From: a virus
Lineage: Duplodnaviria > Caudoviricetes
Reading direction: 5' to 3' (one strand)
DNA length: 64,000 nucleotides
Virus record (IMG/VR): IMGVR_UViG_3300028833_000116
Coordinates: 1 to 64,000 of that record
This document shows positions 31,201 to 44,400 of this stretch, piece by piece (position 1 is the stretch's first letter; every line of letters starts with the position of its first letter). Both the position numbers and the translations under genes were made by a program. Under the pieces are notes generated by a model that did not search any database, was not told the origin of the DNA, and saw only the letters and a list, made by a program, of their open reading frames with translations.

Positions 31201-32396
31201 GTCCAGGTGAAGGTGGATTTATGGATAGTAATGGTTTAACATATGCTATAGTAAATGAAGATAATAATACCTCCCCCGTAGAAGAACGTAAGACTAATCC
31301 CGAAAAAGATTCAACTCCTTATAGACAAAGAGGTAATGAGATAGCTGAAATAGTTTCTAAAAGATTAAATAAAACTTTGTTTGGAGAATTACAATCTGAC
31401 AATAAAGTAAATCTTAGTAAAGAAATATTAAAAGTGCTATTAAGCAACAAACAGTTAAATATAGTTAATAATAGTGGTATTATTACAAAATTGTTGCATA
31501 AAAATGTTATCTTTGTAGAGGACTACAATGAATTAACTTATACAAATAGTAAAGGTGAAGAAGTAAAAGTTCCTGCTACAGCTAAAGCTGCATATCATAA
31601 AGCTTCTGTTACTTATAAGAGAGCAGATGGTAGTGAGATTACAATAGCTGCTGACACAATAGTTATAAGTAAAAGATGGATTGATTTAGCAAATGGTACA
31701 TTAGCTGAACAAGAACAAGCTGCTAGAGATATTATTCATGAAAATATTCATAGAATTCTTACATTTCCTGAAAACTCTGGATGGGTTGCTAAAGCTCAAG
31801 AAGTTTTAGATGCGTTTAATAATGCTGAACTTACAGACGATAATGATATACTTGTTAGAGATGCATATGGTAATATAGGTCTTGAAGAATTTCTTGTTGA
31901 AAGTTTAACTAGACCTGAACTTATGAGAGTTCTTAACAAGATTCCTACAGAGTTGCCTATAGGTTCTAAAGCTAAACTTAAAAAAGGTAATCTATTACAA
32001 AGAGTTTTAAAACTTATAGGAGAACTATTTGGTATAAATATAAATGAAAATAGTCTTTTAGAAAAAGAATATAAACTTTTTGAAGATTTAGGTAAAACTA
32101 CAGAAGTTAAAAAAGAAGAACCTGCCAAAACTTCAAGTCAAACTAATTCTCAACAACAAGATAATACTCAACCGATTCAAACTCAAACTAATATTCAACA
32201 ACCTCAAACTCAAGAACAAGTTGCTCAACAAAGTGTTCAAAACACTGGAGGTAGAAGAAGAAAAGTTGATTTTAGTACTAGAAACGATTTAGGCATAGCA
32301 TCTAAATCTAGTATACAAGAAACTTTAGAAGATGATATTAGAGCTTGGTTTGATGAAGCAATTAATAATGGAGTAGTAAGTATAACTTGTAAATAA
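25296..32396 (+). CDS. Giant virion protein of the RNAP cluster with a C-terminal zincin (HExxH) motif
   Basis: 2366 aa; IIHENIH at about 31737-31751 with EEFLVE downstream; acidic linker at about 28400-29000. Confidence 0.75.
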   Translation: MDINDLFIVGGKKVKNPRYNRRTKNKEPEYITITDEGSGSVILDIASKNPYFNTRIDVDTEKYKDAEDYGITVTPGNIDNIDSMLAEHQSNWTKAFNALAQTVVSEIGLGTLKGFSDLFDFVVGGALRLSNGEQENDYSNPVSKFLENLQEDFRKATPIYVEPGVSIDNGGLTNFGWWMSNLPSVASSLTLMIPARAMTTGVSKLGSLAKATNIGRRASVNGRRMLGNIVGGQTNLKRLETMGKFGAEGTLMRIAENYQESRQTYNEMYPQALETLNNMSDDEYQSYVDSHKEILGNDIDYNNKEAVAKRISSYSADETFKSDMLNAVFDIYQLYGLRNIGRIMNAPGRASVRRLDKLSRKFPNKSKDELKEILNKRSKLRKAWDWTTDAARGSAIAITSEASEGIEEAVNYAAQQEGLSYGQALLTQGLDEATGKYNLTDEEKDDLKRKEFFSKDRIFPFSRLTQQALEDYIKAPELHDAAFWGILGGITFGAMGSGVNKISQAYKAYNTKKELREAGVAEEDIPDYVTLMQTPEIEARINNIESRYNKFEELKNKLKTINDDHKDPFNSDRVLETEEEREVARKRVIEDHDISLLLSSMDVGNWGITKAYLESDGVRDAFVEAGIMSQEEATQRQQEIKTLATKVEKLYNDNVKTIDNALSRYKDDNTDLSDIPIETFGIVARLNITHQIAADRLAEDIKRLESDTGQEEDRVRKALADTGIEVRKLVAARIQAQALGELMAERKEVANSKEASTLDGQMQLDMLDKKIAVVKQQLLSNVATQEDYARVIDAFRFASGVRKRDDDYYFDEYDENFKKIDEAIRNNDVKTLKELGIFGNLQNNAPYDNLLHLVSEDGTESNIDLNTINSDLQLIDNAYEILYNTDKNRTISNLKDISKKLDENYHNLAALELQRELELQQIALTKEDVAKEVDRTNNTLTSVRPALLNHAMEGLQHLAKKYGKEGIIDEINRLNRRQERGETYNNFTQDEKRWFNDYSKIMALDKGINSNLYKRSIRAINLNDVYEFTTTEDMFKAKSEETQNSSTSQNSTSAAQTSQPITSSAEEEKVVVEPESEEIEPQTEEEPTEEEPKVKTTKVNLVADINDNNPSGLNIESVPDSEAGIDALEDTNGNITLDFINADDEAVKDWMLDNEDLFETTGIPEGEEVPEDADVELIKNPIVKRTPTGIEIVEKGVFNVTIPSTGEVEETLPPPVNDEDTSVDDLAARAAEFESDNLGEDLANAIIDYIRDNDTYNYNDVASYLRERFKDRDQARLESLLESFITDPEMSNLAEMAGRKVEAVPIAKLVSFSALNDIVRTDAAKQKVNELLNDAFKDILKNYASHSALDFDAVNGKYILSLENLLRYCTDVTENKNDADRLYTSLLNIIRKSDEYVTIDSTTPVAELIANAKKSYEERKAELADAHNATSINIKRYIGRLINQLNNDNIREEDKDHIRRQLEDIYDALDTANPGDNLTHINQSGNGQHGINFFILNSKGIEVKVGEIPAPKSINGGTHWEMNNMGWLTDVPKGNGSSKFQKVITRILVPEASDSVGQEINKLLREYITKGGTRSLANKIMDLVRSDNELRERLNNKISNTLDSLCVKHLVDLYNYVKQVNDMFLQTYGLTREQAEIALRDNRLESIQNWMDKLKVSYNNAEYLYNSPNVPIKIETIAEGNAIITPTQRPVSQAVGSEHKGLARIGIVTFNKPGEITVAGGTSVKNNFGKVGTPILTIPGAHGSVAQIQVTTQTLDSDNFRGNKVIQDIYNDVMSELEKHLDSWGESHDEAELLDFFRKLLERGYRNNVPLFQGVSVEPLTEGFKGFQLIYTTKDGETHYTKFFSSQTIQGNTYPVSNVRFEIRNKKGEIKGISLNPKTKTPDARKQAIKDIKQHLKECLKFNLDFAYINSDNSNIPVQGFATRNNGKFVINITGNKEYEFNSFNDFVIENDVINAATEPNKHGRNFNRPGEGGFMDSNGLTYAIVNEDNNTSPVEERKTNPEKDSTPYRQRGNEIAEIVSKRLNKTLFGELQSDNKVNLSKEILKVLLSNKQLNIVNNSGIITKLLHKNVIFVEDYNELTYTNSKGEEVKVPATAKAAYHKASVTYKRADGSEITIAADTIVISKRWIDLANGTLAEQEQAARDIIHENIHRILTFPENSGWVAKAQEVLDAFNNAELTDDNDILVRDAYGNIGLEEFLVESLTRPELMRVLNKIPTELPIGSKAKLKKGNLLQRVLKLIGELFGININENSLLEKEYKLFEDLGKTTEVKKEEPAKTSSQTNSQQQDNTQPIQTQTNIQQPQTQEQVAQQSVQNTGGRRRKVDFSTRNDLGIASKSSIQETLEDDIRAWFDEAINNGVVSITCK
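28420..28534 (+). repeat. Structured dispersed element, copy B (inside a CDS)
   Basis: 25/30 ungapped identity to the 5' part of copy A; core AGCCTATTACTTCATCA at 28471; AAATAG at +57. Confidence 0.6.
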
Positions 32397-32405
32397 ATTA
32401 AAATT

Positions 32406-35400
32406 ATGAATGGATGTGTTTCTGGAATTGATATTAATGCTAATAAAGCGTTAATTGAATTACAAAAAATGTGTGGTACTAATGTATCTCAATTTTATAG
32501 ATATATTGGTAAAGTAGTTAAATCTACTACAACAACAGGTAGTCTTGAATTTGAAGATGAATTTAAGACTTGGTGGAAAGATACTGCTAAAATGAAGTCT
32601 GAATTAGATATAAATAATACTAATCCGACTACTTTAAAGAATAAAATTGTTCAATATTTTGAAGAAACTGCTGCAACTTTTGAAGCTGGTGTTCGTAAGA
32701 GCACTGGCTTTGATAAAGTTGGATTATTTGGTTATGATAGTATTGCTACGAGAGAATTAGGTAAACGTTTGTTTGCTAATCGTATGATACTTCATTTTCA
32801 TAAATTACAAACTCAAGGCATAAAAGTAGAAAATCCTTTTATTGCTTGTGCTACAGAAGCTATAGATGTTTTTAGAAATCTTCTTGCTGATAAATTAGAA
32901 GAATATAAAGGAATAAACGGTGATGAAGCATACGATGCTTTAGTTGATAATTGTGCTACATATCTTAATTCTATAATCAAAGAAGATGATAATTATCAAT
33001 TAAGAATGCTTGCATCTTTATATAAAGAAATTATTAGCACCCCCGTAGAAGAAAATGATACTAATGCTAGAGCTGAGTTTCTTAAAGAAGTTATGAGAGA
33101 TTCTCGTCTTGGTGTAATTAGGGACTTGAACGCTAAAGATAAAGATTTTGAAGCTATAGATATAGCAGCACAAGAAGATGCTATTAATGACCCTAATGTT
33201 AATCCAGAAGATACTTCTCAAGAAGCAACATTTAATGTTAGTATCAGAGTATATAATGAACATGGTGGAATATATACTAATTACATGACTCATGTTAGTC
33301 AAAGTATTAAAGCTCTTCTTGACAGTATTCCAAAGCTTAATGATTATAATTACGCAGCAAATGAACCCGATTATAATCTAGATAATGCTTTTGGAATACC
33401 TGATGTTTATAATGCAAATGAAATAGCTAGTATATTATATCATTATGGAGAATATGATGATGTATATTATATGATTGAAAGTATAGATGAAATTGCTAAA
33501 TCTATTCCAGGTTACGCAGGTCTTAAACTTCTTGCAGATAAACTTAGAGCAAATCGTGATTTAGCTTTTGATTTCTATAGAACATTTGGTAAAGCAGTTA
33601 TTAGCAAACTTGAAACTGTTGTAGAAGGAGAAGGTGCAGAAAGTAGAAGGTCAAACCAAACTTCTTCTAAGGGGGAGGTACTTCGCTATACTTTTGTTAA
33701 TCATCTTAAATCTACAGCTATTCGTCTTGATTTAGATTTTGCTAAAGCTGAATTAGGTATGCTTAAACTTCAGCTTGGAACAAAACAATTAACTGAAGAT
33801 AGAGAAGCTGATAAATTTATTCATGATTTATATGTTCAATTAAGAACATTTTATCCTAGTATTACAGAAAATGCTATAAGTAGATTCGTAAAAAATAACA
33901 AAATTAAAGGCGTTGTAAATAGACGTAAGAATTTTGACCAACTTACTAGAATATTAAATAATACTATAGAAAGTAGTAATCTTATTAAAGATAAATATGA
34001 TGAATTGCAAGCTGCTCGTTCAAGTGCTTATTATAAAAATAAAAGACTTGAAATAGAAAATGCTGAAACTCCTGGCCTTCATAGTCCTGAAGAATTTGAA
34101 AATTTAGACCCTTTATATTCTATTTCTTATGTAAGTAAAGAAAATCAACAGCCATGTGTTGAATTAGCAGACGCTCTTTTAAAATATACACCTGTTAGAA
34201 CAAATCTTAATTCTAGAAATGTTCATGGTAATCAATCATCAGATGTTATTAATAATAGTATGATTACTAATTTAATGCATACTTTTGAAAGTGTTCTTAA
34301 TAATCCTGATGATTATGGCAATATATCTGATAATTCTCCTTTGATGAGATTTGCACAACATAAATTTCAAAGTCAGCAATATGACCATGGAAATTTACTT
34401 CTTGAAAAGAAAGATGAAAATGGTAAAATTATAAACTATGGCTTATTTTATCGTGATAAAGATGGTAAAATTAAGCCTACTACTTATGCTAGACAACTTT
34501 TACAATTTAGTTTATTTAATGGTGCTAGTAATTTAGATGATGGTACAAATGTTTTATATAATGAAATGAGTAGAGGTGACTATATTGGTACCGCTTGGAT
34601 TAATTTCTTTCACGAAGATTCTATTGACGTAGATGGTGCTAAAATAAGTGTTGCTCAATATTTCTTACGTATTCCATCAGATGCTCCTAAAACATTTACA
34701 TTAAGAGCTCCTAAATATGATGCAAAAGGATTTAGAACTGTTATAAATCAAAGAGAAATAAATCAAGCTATAGCAGATGAAATAAATAAAGTTACAGATA
34801 AGTTCTTTGCTTCAAACAATGTTTTATTTGGTGATAAACCAATAACTGGTTATCGTAAAGATAAACCTTGGACTAATGATGATTTATTAAAACATATTCG
34901 CTTTGATGGTAAAGGTAAATTTACAATTCCTACAGGTCTTCGTAAAAATAGTAAATTTAAGAATGGCGAAGTTGTAACTGTAGCATTAGCTTATAATGTA
35001 AATGTTGAAAATAGTGACGAACCACAACAAGTATATTATGCTATAAGTGGTACTTATAACGATGGTGTTTTAGAAAATGCAAACTTTGAAGGTTTTGCTA
35101 GAGAAGGATTTACTGAAGATATTTATATTGAACTTCGTGCAGCTTTAAATAATGAACTTAAAAGAACAGGTGAAGTAAATGGTGTAAAAGAACAATATAG
35201 AGTTAATACAAAACATCAATTATTTAGACAAATGAGAAGTTCTTTTGTACAAGAACTTCAAGATGCAGCTACTGCACTTGATGTTATGTTTGAAAGAAAA
35301 GAACTTACAAAAGCTCAAAAACAAAAACTTGGTATTCCTGAAAATGTAAAAGCATTTACTGTTGCTAGAGAAAGAGGAACTCATGAATTAAAATTTAAAA

Positions 35401-38400
35401 AAGGTAATAATACAAATCATGGGCATTTAAATAGTATTTATCATTACGATGGCTCTGGAAAATTAGTTACTGGAGAAATTGGTAGTGAAAAGCTTACAGG
35501 TAAAGTATTTACTTCTGATAGATTTACAGTTTATGATAGCGTTAATAAAAAAATAATTAACTATGGTCAACAAATTATAGATGAAGCAATAGATTTCCTC
35601 TACGGGGGAGATATTCAGCGAGCGTTTATATTTGTAGAAACAGCTGAAGGAAAAGTTGAACCTAGAATTTCTCCTGAACTTGAAGCTAAAATTGAAGAAA
35701 AATTAAGTGCTTGGACTGATGCTTATATAGAATCAGCTAGAGAAAGATTAACACCTATGGCTGGATTTTTAAGAAGTGTTAGTCTTAATACTGACAATAT
35801 TACAGAATTTGCTATTAATCATCACCTCATGTATATTAATTTTAATGATATACTTGAAGGTGATACTAAGTTTTATAAAGATTCTCAAACATTTTTAAAG
35901 CGTGCTAAAGAATATCAAGGTTCTGGAGTTCCTTATGGTATTATGAACTATAAATTAGGTATTGATAATCTTATGCCTAATGGTCATATAGTAAGTGAAC
36001 TTGATAAATTTCCCGAAATCGGTATTTATCTTAGAACTAAATTTAAAGCTGTTACTATAAAAAATACAATAAAAACAGATGATGAAACTATTGATAGACT
36101 TATAGACCAACTTGTTGAAGAATCTGGTCTTTCAAGAGAAGCTGCTGAAACATTAATGAGAGGTCCTCTAAAGAAAGGCAAACGTAGTGGTGGTTTCCAA
36201 GAGGTTACTGTTAATGATGCTCAATCGTATATTACTTTTGATGAATGGGTTCGTCGTATAACTGCTCGTGGTCAATTCTATAAATATAAACATCTTATTG
36301 ATAAGATTCGTGACCCAAATAGTACAATTAGTGCTAAGGACATGGAAGAATTTGTTCAAGTTCAAAAGAATTTTTATTATGACCAACATTATAATAGTGA
36401 TACTAGAGTTATAGGTCCTCGTCAAATTAAAAATGCTGAATTTGTTATAGTTCCTAGATTTGTTCAAGGTACAGAACTTGAGAAAGTTTATGACTTAATG
36501 AAGAAATATGGTATTGACCAATTAAATACATCAGAAACTTCTAAAGCTTCTAAATCTTATGAATTAGAATTATTTGATTCTAATACTGGTCTTATGAAAG
36601 AAGATATTTTAGCAGAACTTGCAGATACAAGTGGTAAAACTAAAAGTAAATTTGGACAAGTTGTTAATGATGCTATTGAAGAATTCGACTATAATCATCT
36701 TTATACTCAACAAGAAACTCCACAACATATAGATGCCTCTAATAAAGCAGGTATTCAAATTATGAAGAAGATTCTTGATAATATTGATGAAAATAGTCCT
36801 CTTTATGATAAAAAGAATGAATTCTTTAGACTTTATTCTGCTAATATTAAAGAATCATTTACTAATCTTATGACAGAGTTTAATATTCCTTTAGATGCAA
36901 ATGGAAATATTAAACTTAATGAAGATGGAAGTATAGATGGTCTTAATTATGAAGTTTTTTATGAAAGACTTCAAGAAGAACTTGTTCGATTAGGACTTGA
37001 TAGCAACATGGCTGACTATGTAACTCTTGATGGTGTTACAGTAGGTAGTACAGTTATGCCAAATTATATGAGTCTTGTTGCTCAAAAGCTTGAAAATATT
37101 GCTCAAAGTCTTTTTAATAATAGAATTACTCGTCAGCTTCTTCCTGGTTTCCATGCTGCTCAAATTACTGGTGTAGGTTTTACATCTTTAGCTCAACAAG
37201 GAATTGAAAAGAAAGCTTATTCTGATAAACTTCGTTATCATCCTGTTGTTGATGGAAAAGTTCAACCTTATGTTGAAATAATGCTTCCTGCAGCAGCATT
37301 CGGTTTTGATATTAATAGTGAATCTTCTCAAGCTTTTATTGCAGCAGAAATTGCAAAAGGTAAAACTAAGGATGAAGCTGAACGTGCTCTTAAAGATTTT
37401 TGGCTTGAACAACTTAATAATAAAAAACTAGGAAATATAGGTACTATACTTGGTTATCGTATTCCTACTGAAGGTAAGCAATCTGTTTGTATTATGAAAG
37501 TTGTAGACTTTACTGACGATGCTCTTGGTTCTACAATTGTTGTACCAGATGCTTGGGTTGCACAAACAGGTTCTGATTTTGATATTGACTCTGTATATGG
37601 AATTCAATATAGTACATATATTGATAAAAATGGTATAATTCATAGACATGATTATAAGACTTCTAATGAACAACTTTATATGGATTATGTTCGTAGAAGT
37701 TTAGGTAAAGAAAGATGGAATGAAATATTTGAAACAGCTAGACTTGAAAAAGATGAAAAAGATGAAATAAAAGCTAAATTTACAGATGCTGAAGGCCATG
37801 TAGATTGGGAAGCTGTTAAAGCTAATATTAAAGCTGAAAGTCGTAAAATTCTTCAAGAAGAATTAATAAATGCTATTAATAGTAATCATCTAGAATCTTT
37901 TTCTGAATATAGTAAAAAGAGTGTAGAAGAACGTAACACTAAAAAAGCTAGAAATAATAAGATGTTAGATATTATGAAGGATATTCTTGGACATAAAGAT
38001 AGTCTTGAAGAAAATCTTTCTCGTTCTAATTTCGATGATATTCTTGATTCTTTCTCGAAAGTTCTTGATATTATGCCTGATTATGCTTCACAACGAGCAT
38101 CTCGTAGTCCATATAATTTCTTTGACCAAGCAGAATATATGGAAGATGCTATGAGTGGTGCTAAACTTAAAGCTTTTTCTGTAACTCGTGATACTTTCTG
38201 TTCTGTATGTAATACTGTTAAACCTACTCTTGCTAAAAATTCAGAACTTGAAATTATTTATGATTTTTCTAATCTTACAAAAGATGAATATCAAGCTAAA
38301 TTAAACACTATTAATGAAAATTTTGATAATGTTGCAGAAGTTGGTAATCAAAAAATTAAAGTTACTCATAAAACTTTTGGTTGGACTAAGAAAAATAAAA

Positions 38401-41400
38401 ATGTTGAAGGCAAAATATTAACTGCTTACTCTTCACAAACTACAGCTCATATTCTTGACGCTATTAAATCTGGTAATATACCTAACGTTAATGATTTAAC
38501 ATTTGCTGTTTATAAGACTTTTGTTGATGTAGGTAGTAATTATGATACTGCTATATCATTTATGATGCAACCAGGTGTTCGTAGAATAGTTGAAGCTTAT
38601 AATTCATCTAAATCTATTTATTCTGAAAACAATAGTAAGAATTATGTAGGTAGTGCTATAAGAAATATAGTTAAATCACTTAATCTTGATATATCAAAAA
38701 ATGCAACAATCGATGATATTCTTGCAGAGATAAATCATAAATATGGTGGTCTTATAAATAAACTATTTGGTACAAAAGGAGTTGTTTATACTCTTGAAGA
38801 AGAAGATATTGCTAAGATTCCATTTAATGTAGAGTTACAATTTAAACGACTTAGTAACGAATTAAGCTCCCCCGTAGAAGAGATTAGTAAAGATGAAGTT
38901 AATGCTATTTATGACTTGGCTATAGTTCTTCAGTATAATAAACTTAGCCTTCTTGCAAATCAAGTAGGAAGTGCTGCTAGAGTTTGTAATCCTGATAGAT
39001 TTGGAGCAAAACAATCTATTTTTGCTACAAATGATGTATTTACTTCTATTGAGGAATTAGCAACAGATGATACATTTAGACTTCTTGTAGGTAAAACAAA
39101 TCTTATAGATGCTATTTATCCTGGTGCGAGAAAAGGTGCTGAATCTTTTGCTACTCAAGATGATTCTAAGTTACCTAATCAGTCAGCATATCCATCATTA
39201 TTTGCTTTCTTAAAGTATGCAACTGCTACTAGTATTCTTGTTAATAGACAACTTTTTAAGACTCAAGAAAAAGATTTTGTTGATTATGTAATGTCTATCG
39301 AAGAAGTACTTAGTGATGATGCTAAAATTGACGAAAAGACAGCTAAAGAATTTCAAAATTATATAATTAATGCTCTTTATAGAAAGGTTAGGTTTATAAA
39401 TCAACCTCTTGTATATAAAACAGGTGTAGGCTTTGTTTATACTGAAAAAGATAATGAAGAGCCTAATCTTGCCGAACAAACAAGAATTTATGGTTATGGT
39501 CATACACCTGATTTAAGTCTTGACTATGAAGAAGAATCATATACATATGACGATAAAGGAGAATTAATAAAAAGAGAAGTTAAAGTTGTAAGACGTCCTT
39601 TCAGAGTTGAAAATCCTGCAAGTCCAACTAAGGATGAAATTAAAGATTTTGCTAGATTAAGTCCTGCTCAGAAAGTTGCTTATATTCAAGAACATTTTGC
39701 TACTAGAGGTATTTTTGATTACGTTAAGACTACATTATCTAATGATTATGCCACACGTAATACTCAAGCAGGTGCACAAACTCTCAGTTTCGATGAGGAT
39801 GCAATAGATGCTGAAACAAGGTATCAATTATTTTATGATAGTTTTACTAATAAAAATCCTCTTATTGCTTTGACTGCTGCTGACATAATAAAGTATGCTT
39901 TTGTAGTAGAAGGTTATAAAATGGGTATGCACAATGTATCTAAGATGATTAGTAACAAAGTTCTTGTAAGCACTAGTAAACTTTATGGTACTAATTTCAT
40001 TCAAGAAATGAATGAATTTATGGCTACTGTTGACAGTCAATTTACTGAACAGCTTAAAGAGAATTTTGTTAGAAGTCATTCTACTATGCAAGGTATTAAT
40101 CGTAGAAGTGTTCAAAAAGAAACAACTGGTGGTTATGAGCTTAAACAACGTGGTCAAGGTCTTATAATTATAGAAACTAATAAACAAGGTAAAGAACTTG
40201 CTGAAAAATATGGAATTATACATAGAGATAAAAAAGGTAAAGTTGATAAAGTAAATCAATATGTTGTATTAAAATTTGGTAAAAAGCCTACTTTATATAA
40301 AATTAAAGAACGTAGTGGATTAGGCTATGTATTAACTCCACTTAATAAACTTGAAGCTAATGAAAATGACGTTTGGAGTGTAAGGTCAGATAATAATATT
40401 TATCCTTATCTTGATAAAGATGGAAGTAATTATTATGACAATATTATATCTAAATATCAAGATGCTGTAACAGAAAAAAATATAAGTTCTTTTAGTGCTT
40501 CTGAACTAATGGAAGTTGGTCGTTCTATAGACACAGCTCCATATAAAGTTCAAAAAACTAAAAAAGTTAAAGGTCGTTATGGTGATGCTTTTAGAGTTAA
40601 TAAAGATGACCAGCTAGGAAAAATTCTTATAAAAACTGTAGGTAATTGGTTTGAAAATTCTGTTAAGGATAATAAACCTGCTTGTTATTTGATAAATAAT
40701 TCTCTTGGACAATTTATTAAAACTTTTGGTCCTGAAGGTTCTATTATAACAAGCGTACCTGTCTTTGAAATAAATGAAAAAGGAGAAGAAGTTCTTAAAT
40801 ATAAAGTTCCTGTTAAAATAACTAAGAAAAATGTTAAAAGTTTAATGTGGACTTATGTTAAAGAAAAAGGTGCTCTTGATAGACCTGCTCCAAAAGGAAA
40901 AGAAGATTTAGTTGCTGTTCTTCGTAATTTCTCTGCTGGTCATGAACAAACTATGCAAACGAATTTGGATAATGTTTATGAAATTACAACTACAGAACAA
41001 CAAGTAGACCCTGGTGCTGAAGTTATGTTCTCTACTATAGATGATGTAATAGGACAAGGAGTTCAAACTATAAATCGTAGAGCTTATAGACAAGAAGATG
41101 TTGCTGCTAGAAAAATAGCAAAACGCTGGGAAACTGAAGGTACTGTTGCAAGTGATGAAAATAAAAAGAAAAATACTACTGAAATTGTAGTAGAACTTGC
41201 TAAATATGCTACAGATACAGCTAGAGAAATTAATAAATCTTTAACTTCATTTATAGAAGACCCTGACAATCCTAATCATTATCTTAGTATAGTAGATGAT
41301 AAAACATTGAAACTTGTTAAGAAAAATCCTGAGATTCGTAGACTATTCCTTAAAACTATTATGGAACCTCATGCTTTTGCTCAACAATTTAGTATGATTA

Positions 41401-44400
41401 AAGAACTTGATATGGATTCTGCTGATACTCGTACTAGAATGTATCTAGAACGTATTAAACAAGCAGTTGACCAAGTTGAAAATGCATCTATTATAGCTAC
41501 AGCTAGAGAAAAATATATTCATGAATATATTGATAAAATTTCTGATAATCCTCTTGTTAGACACGGTCTTATAAGTGTTATTGATGGTTTTTATAAAACA
41601 AATTTCTTAAATGCTTGGTTTAACGATATTCAAGAAACATCTAATGGTCTTATACAAGTTACAATGAAAAATGTAATGAGAGATATTAGAGCTCAAGAAA
41701 TGGAAGCTAGAAGAGCTATAGATAAATTTGTTAAAAACATTGATGCTATAAAAGCAGAAGCTAAAGCTAATGGAAAAGAATTTAATTTTTCTCATATTAT
41801 AGATGAATATGGAAGATTTATTCAAGATTATAATGAGAAGTTTATAGAAGATAGAGATAGATTACAAAAAGCTGCTCAAGATGCTAAAATCAAAGCTAAT
41901 GATATTGCAAAAGAAAAAGGTAAAGATAATAACGAATATATCAAAGCACAAGTAGACTGGCTTAGACGTCGTCTTGAATATAATGAATGGAAAGCTAAAT
42001 ATGTTCATCAACCTGTTGTTCAAGAATATTATGATAAAATAAATGCTTTAGAACGTAAGATTCTTTTCGGTGAACCTACTCGTGATGAAGAAACAGGTAA
42101 GATAGAATATCTTGGTGCATCTCCTTATATTTATGCTATGTATCAAACTCTTCGTGAAGAAAGAGTTGAAACTAGAAATCAATTTATAGATGATGCTGAA
42201 GACCCTGAATTAGATGCAAAACTTGATGAATTAGACATTGCTATTAGAAATCTAACTTCTGATTATATAACAAATCCTACTACAGGAATAATAGAAGAAA
42301 AAATTGATTTTGAATTTGAGGCTAAAGACGAAGATGAAATGATTAATAGAGCTAGACTTAGTCTTACAGCAGCTAATCGTTTAAAGAAATTCATAGACTC
42401 TCGTAAAGATTTAGAAGAACAATATTTTAAATATGACCCTGTATATAATTTTAATGAAGAAGTAGAACGTTATCAAGCTATTATAGATAAAGCAGAACGT
42501 CGTGATGCTAATGATATTCCTCAAGCTAGTGAATATGAACTTACTAATAATGAAGAATATCAAAAAGCTAGAATATGGCTTCGTAGAAATGCTATAAGAC
42601 AACCTATTATAGATGATGAAAATGATTGGTATAATGAGCTTAAAGCTGCATATGAAGAACTTCATGATGATGATAAATCTTTAGATTACGGTAAAAGATA
42701 TTATGATATAATTCATAATGATAAGTATAAAGATGAACTTGGTCAAGTTAATCCTATGCTTTTATCTAAAGAAGATTTAGAAAAGCTTAAAACAGCTCAA
42801 GAAACTAATTATAAACTTAAGAAAGAAAATCCATATAGTGATAGAAATCTTCTTAGTAATAAAGCTAAAGATGAGAAAATAGTTTATACTTCTGCTTTCT
42901 ATAGAGGACTTAGTGGAATTCCAGCTCCAAGTGCTACTCAAAAAAGTGCTAATCCTGAATGGCAAAAAACTGTTACAGATATTAATAATCTTCTTGCGCC
43001 TTATTATAGTGAATCTACTCAATCTATTTTATTTAACAAAATTATAGAAGAACCAAATGCTGAAGAAATTCTAGAAAAACTAGGAAATCTTTATGATAAA
43101 CTTCATAGTTTTGCTGATGAGAAACGTAAAGATAAAAGTAGAGCTAAGAGAAAACAAGTTAGAGAATTTGTAGAAAAGAATGTAGAATTTGTTACAAATG
43201 AAGATGCTCTTGAAGCAGACAAAAGACTTCTTGATGTTAAAAAATCTCGTATTAAAACATTACTTAACAATGTTATGTACGAAATAGGTTACGATGGTAA
43301 TCGCAAACCTAATAGATTCTTATATCAAACTGTTTCTCTTAAACTTAAAAATAAAAATTCTCTTGAACTTTATTTAAAAGATGATAGAGATATAGATAAA
43401 ACTATTGATAAAGAAGATTTTAACAAGCTTAAACAGTTTGTAGATAGGAAAAGAACTAATGCTATTAGGACTATTGAAAAATATACGTATCAACGTCCTT
43501 CTAGACATTATTACACTGCAGAAGCTGAAGCTAGAACTGGTAGGAATTTATTTGGTTATAGTAGCTATAAAGAATGGTTTACTGCTAATCATATTTATAA
43601 TCCAAATACTAATCGTTTTGAACCTCTTAAGATTTGGATGGTTACTTCTTATAAGGAAAGTCTTAAACATAAATGGAGTCCTAAATTTCCTCAACAAATT
43701 CGTACTGTTCGTGATGGTTATTATGATACAGCCCATTATGGTCCTATAGATGTTGAAGATATTGAAGCTTCAAAAGAATATCATGAAGAAATAGACTTCC
43801 GTAATAAAGAGTATAAACCAGATGGTGGTCATAGACTTAATTACAGAAAAGGAGTAAATAAAGAATATGATGCTAAAATAGATGCTAACGAATATGAACT
43901 TAAAGCCGCTAAATTAATGCAAGATGTTTGTATGGCTCTTGCTCACGAAACTAGTGCTAAAAAATACTTTGAACAAGGTTGGCTTCCTAGTAAAGCTAGA
44001 CATGGTGAAAGAGGTGCTGAATTCTGGAAAGATGAAATGCTTAAAACTTTTGGTTGGAATGAATCAGCTACAGGTTATGAAGATTGGTATAAAAATATAG
44101 ATTATTATAAAGATAAAGCTCCTTCTATGCCTATGCTTTCTAAACTTAAAAATAAATATATTGAAGAGAAGAAAAAAGAATTAGGTAGTAGACCTGTTAG
44201 AAAAGCTGGAGAAAGTGAATCTGATTACATCGCCCGTAAAAAGAGATGGGATGAGATGTATAAAGAGTATCAAAAAGAAGAACTTAAAGTTCAAAAAGAA
44301 TTACTTGAAGGTGACCCTGTAAGAGCTATTTCAGAATTTATTCTAAAAGCTAGTCATTATAATGCTATTCAAAATAATAAATATGAACTCTTCTTTGCTC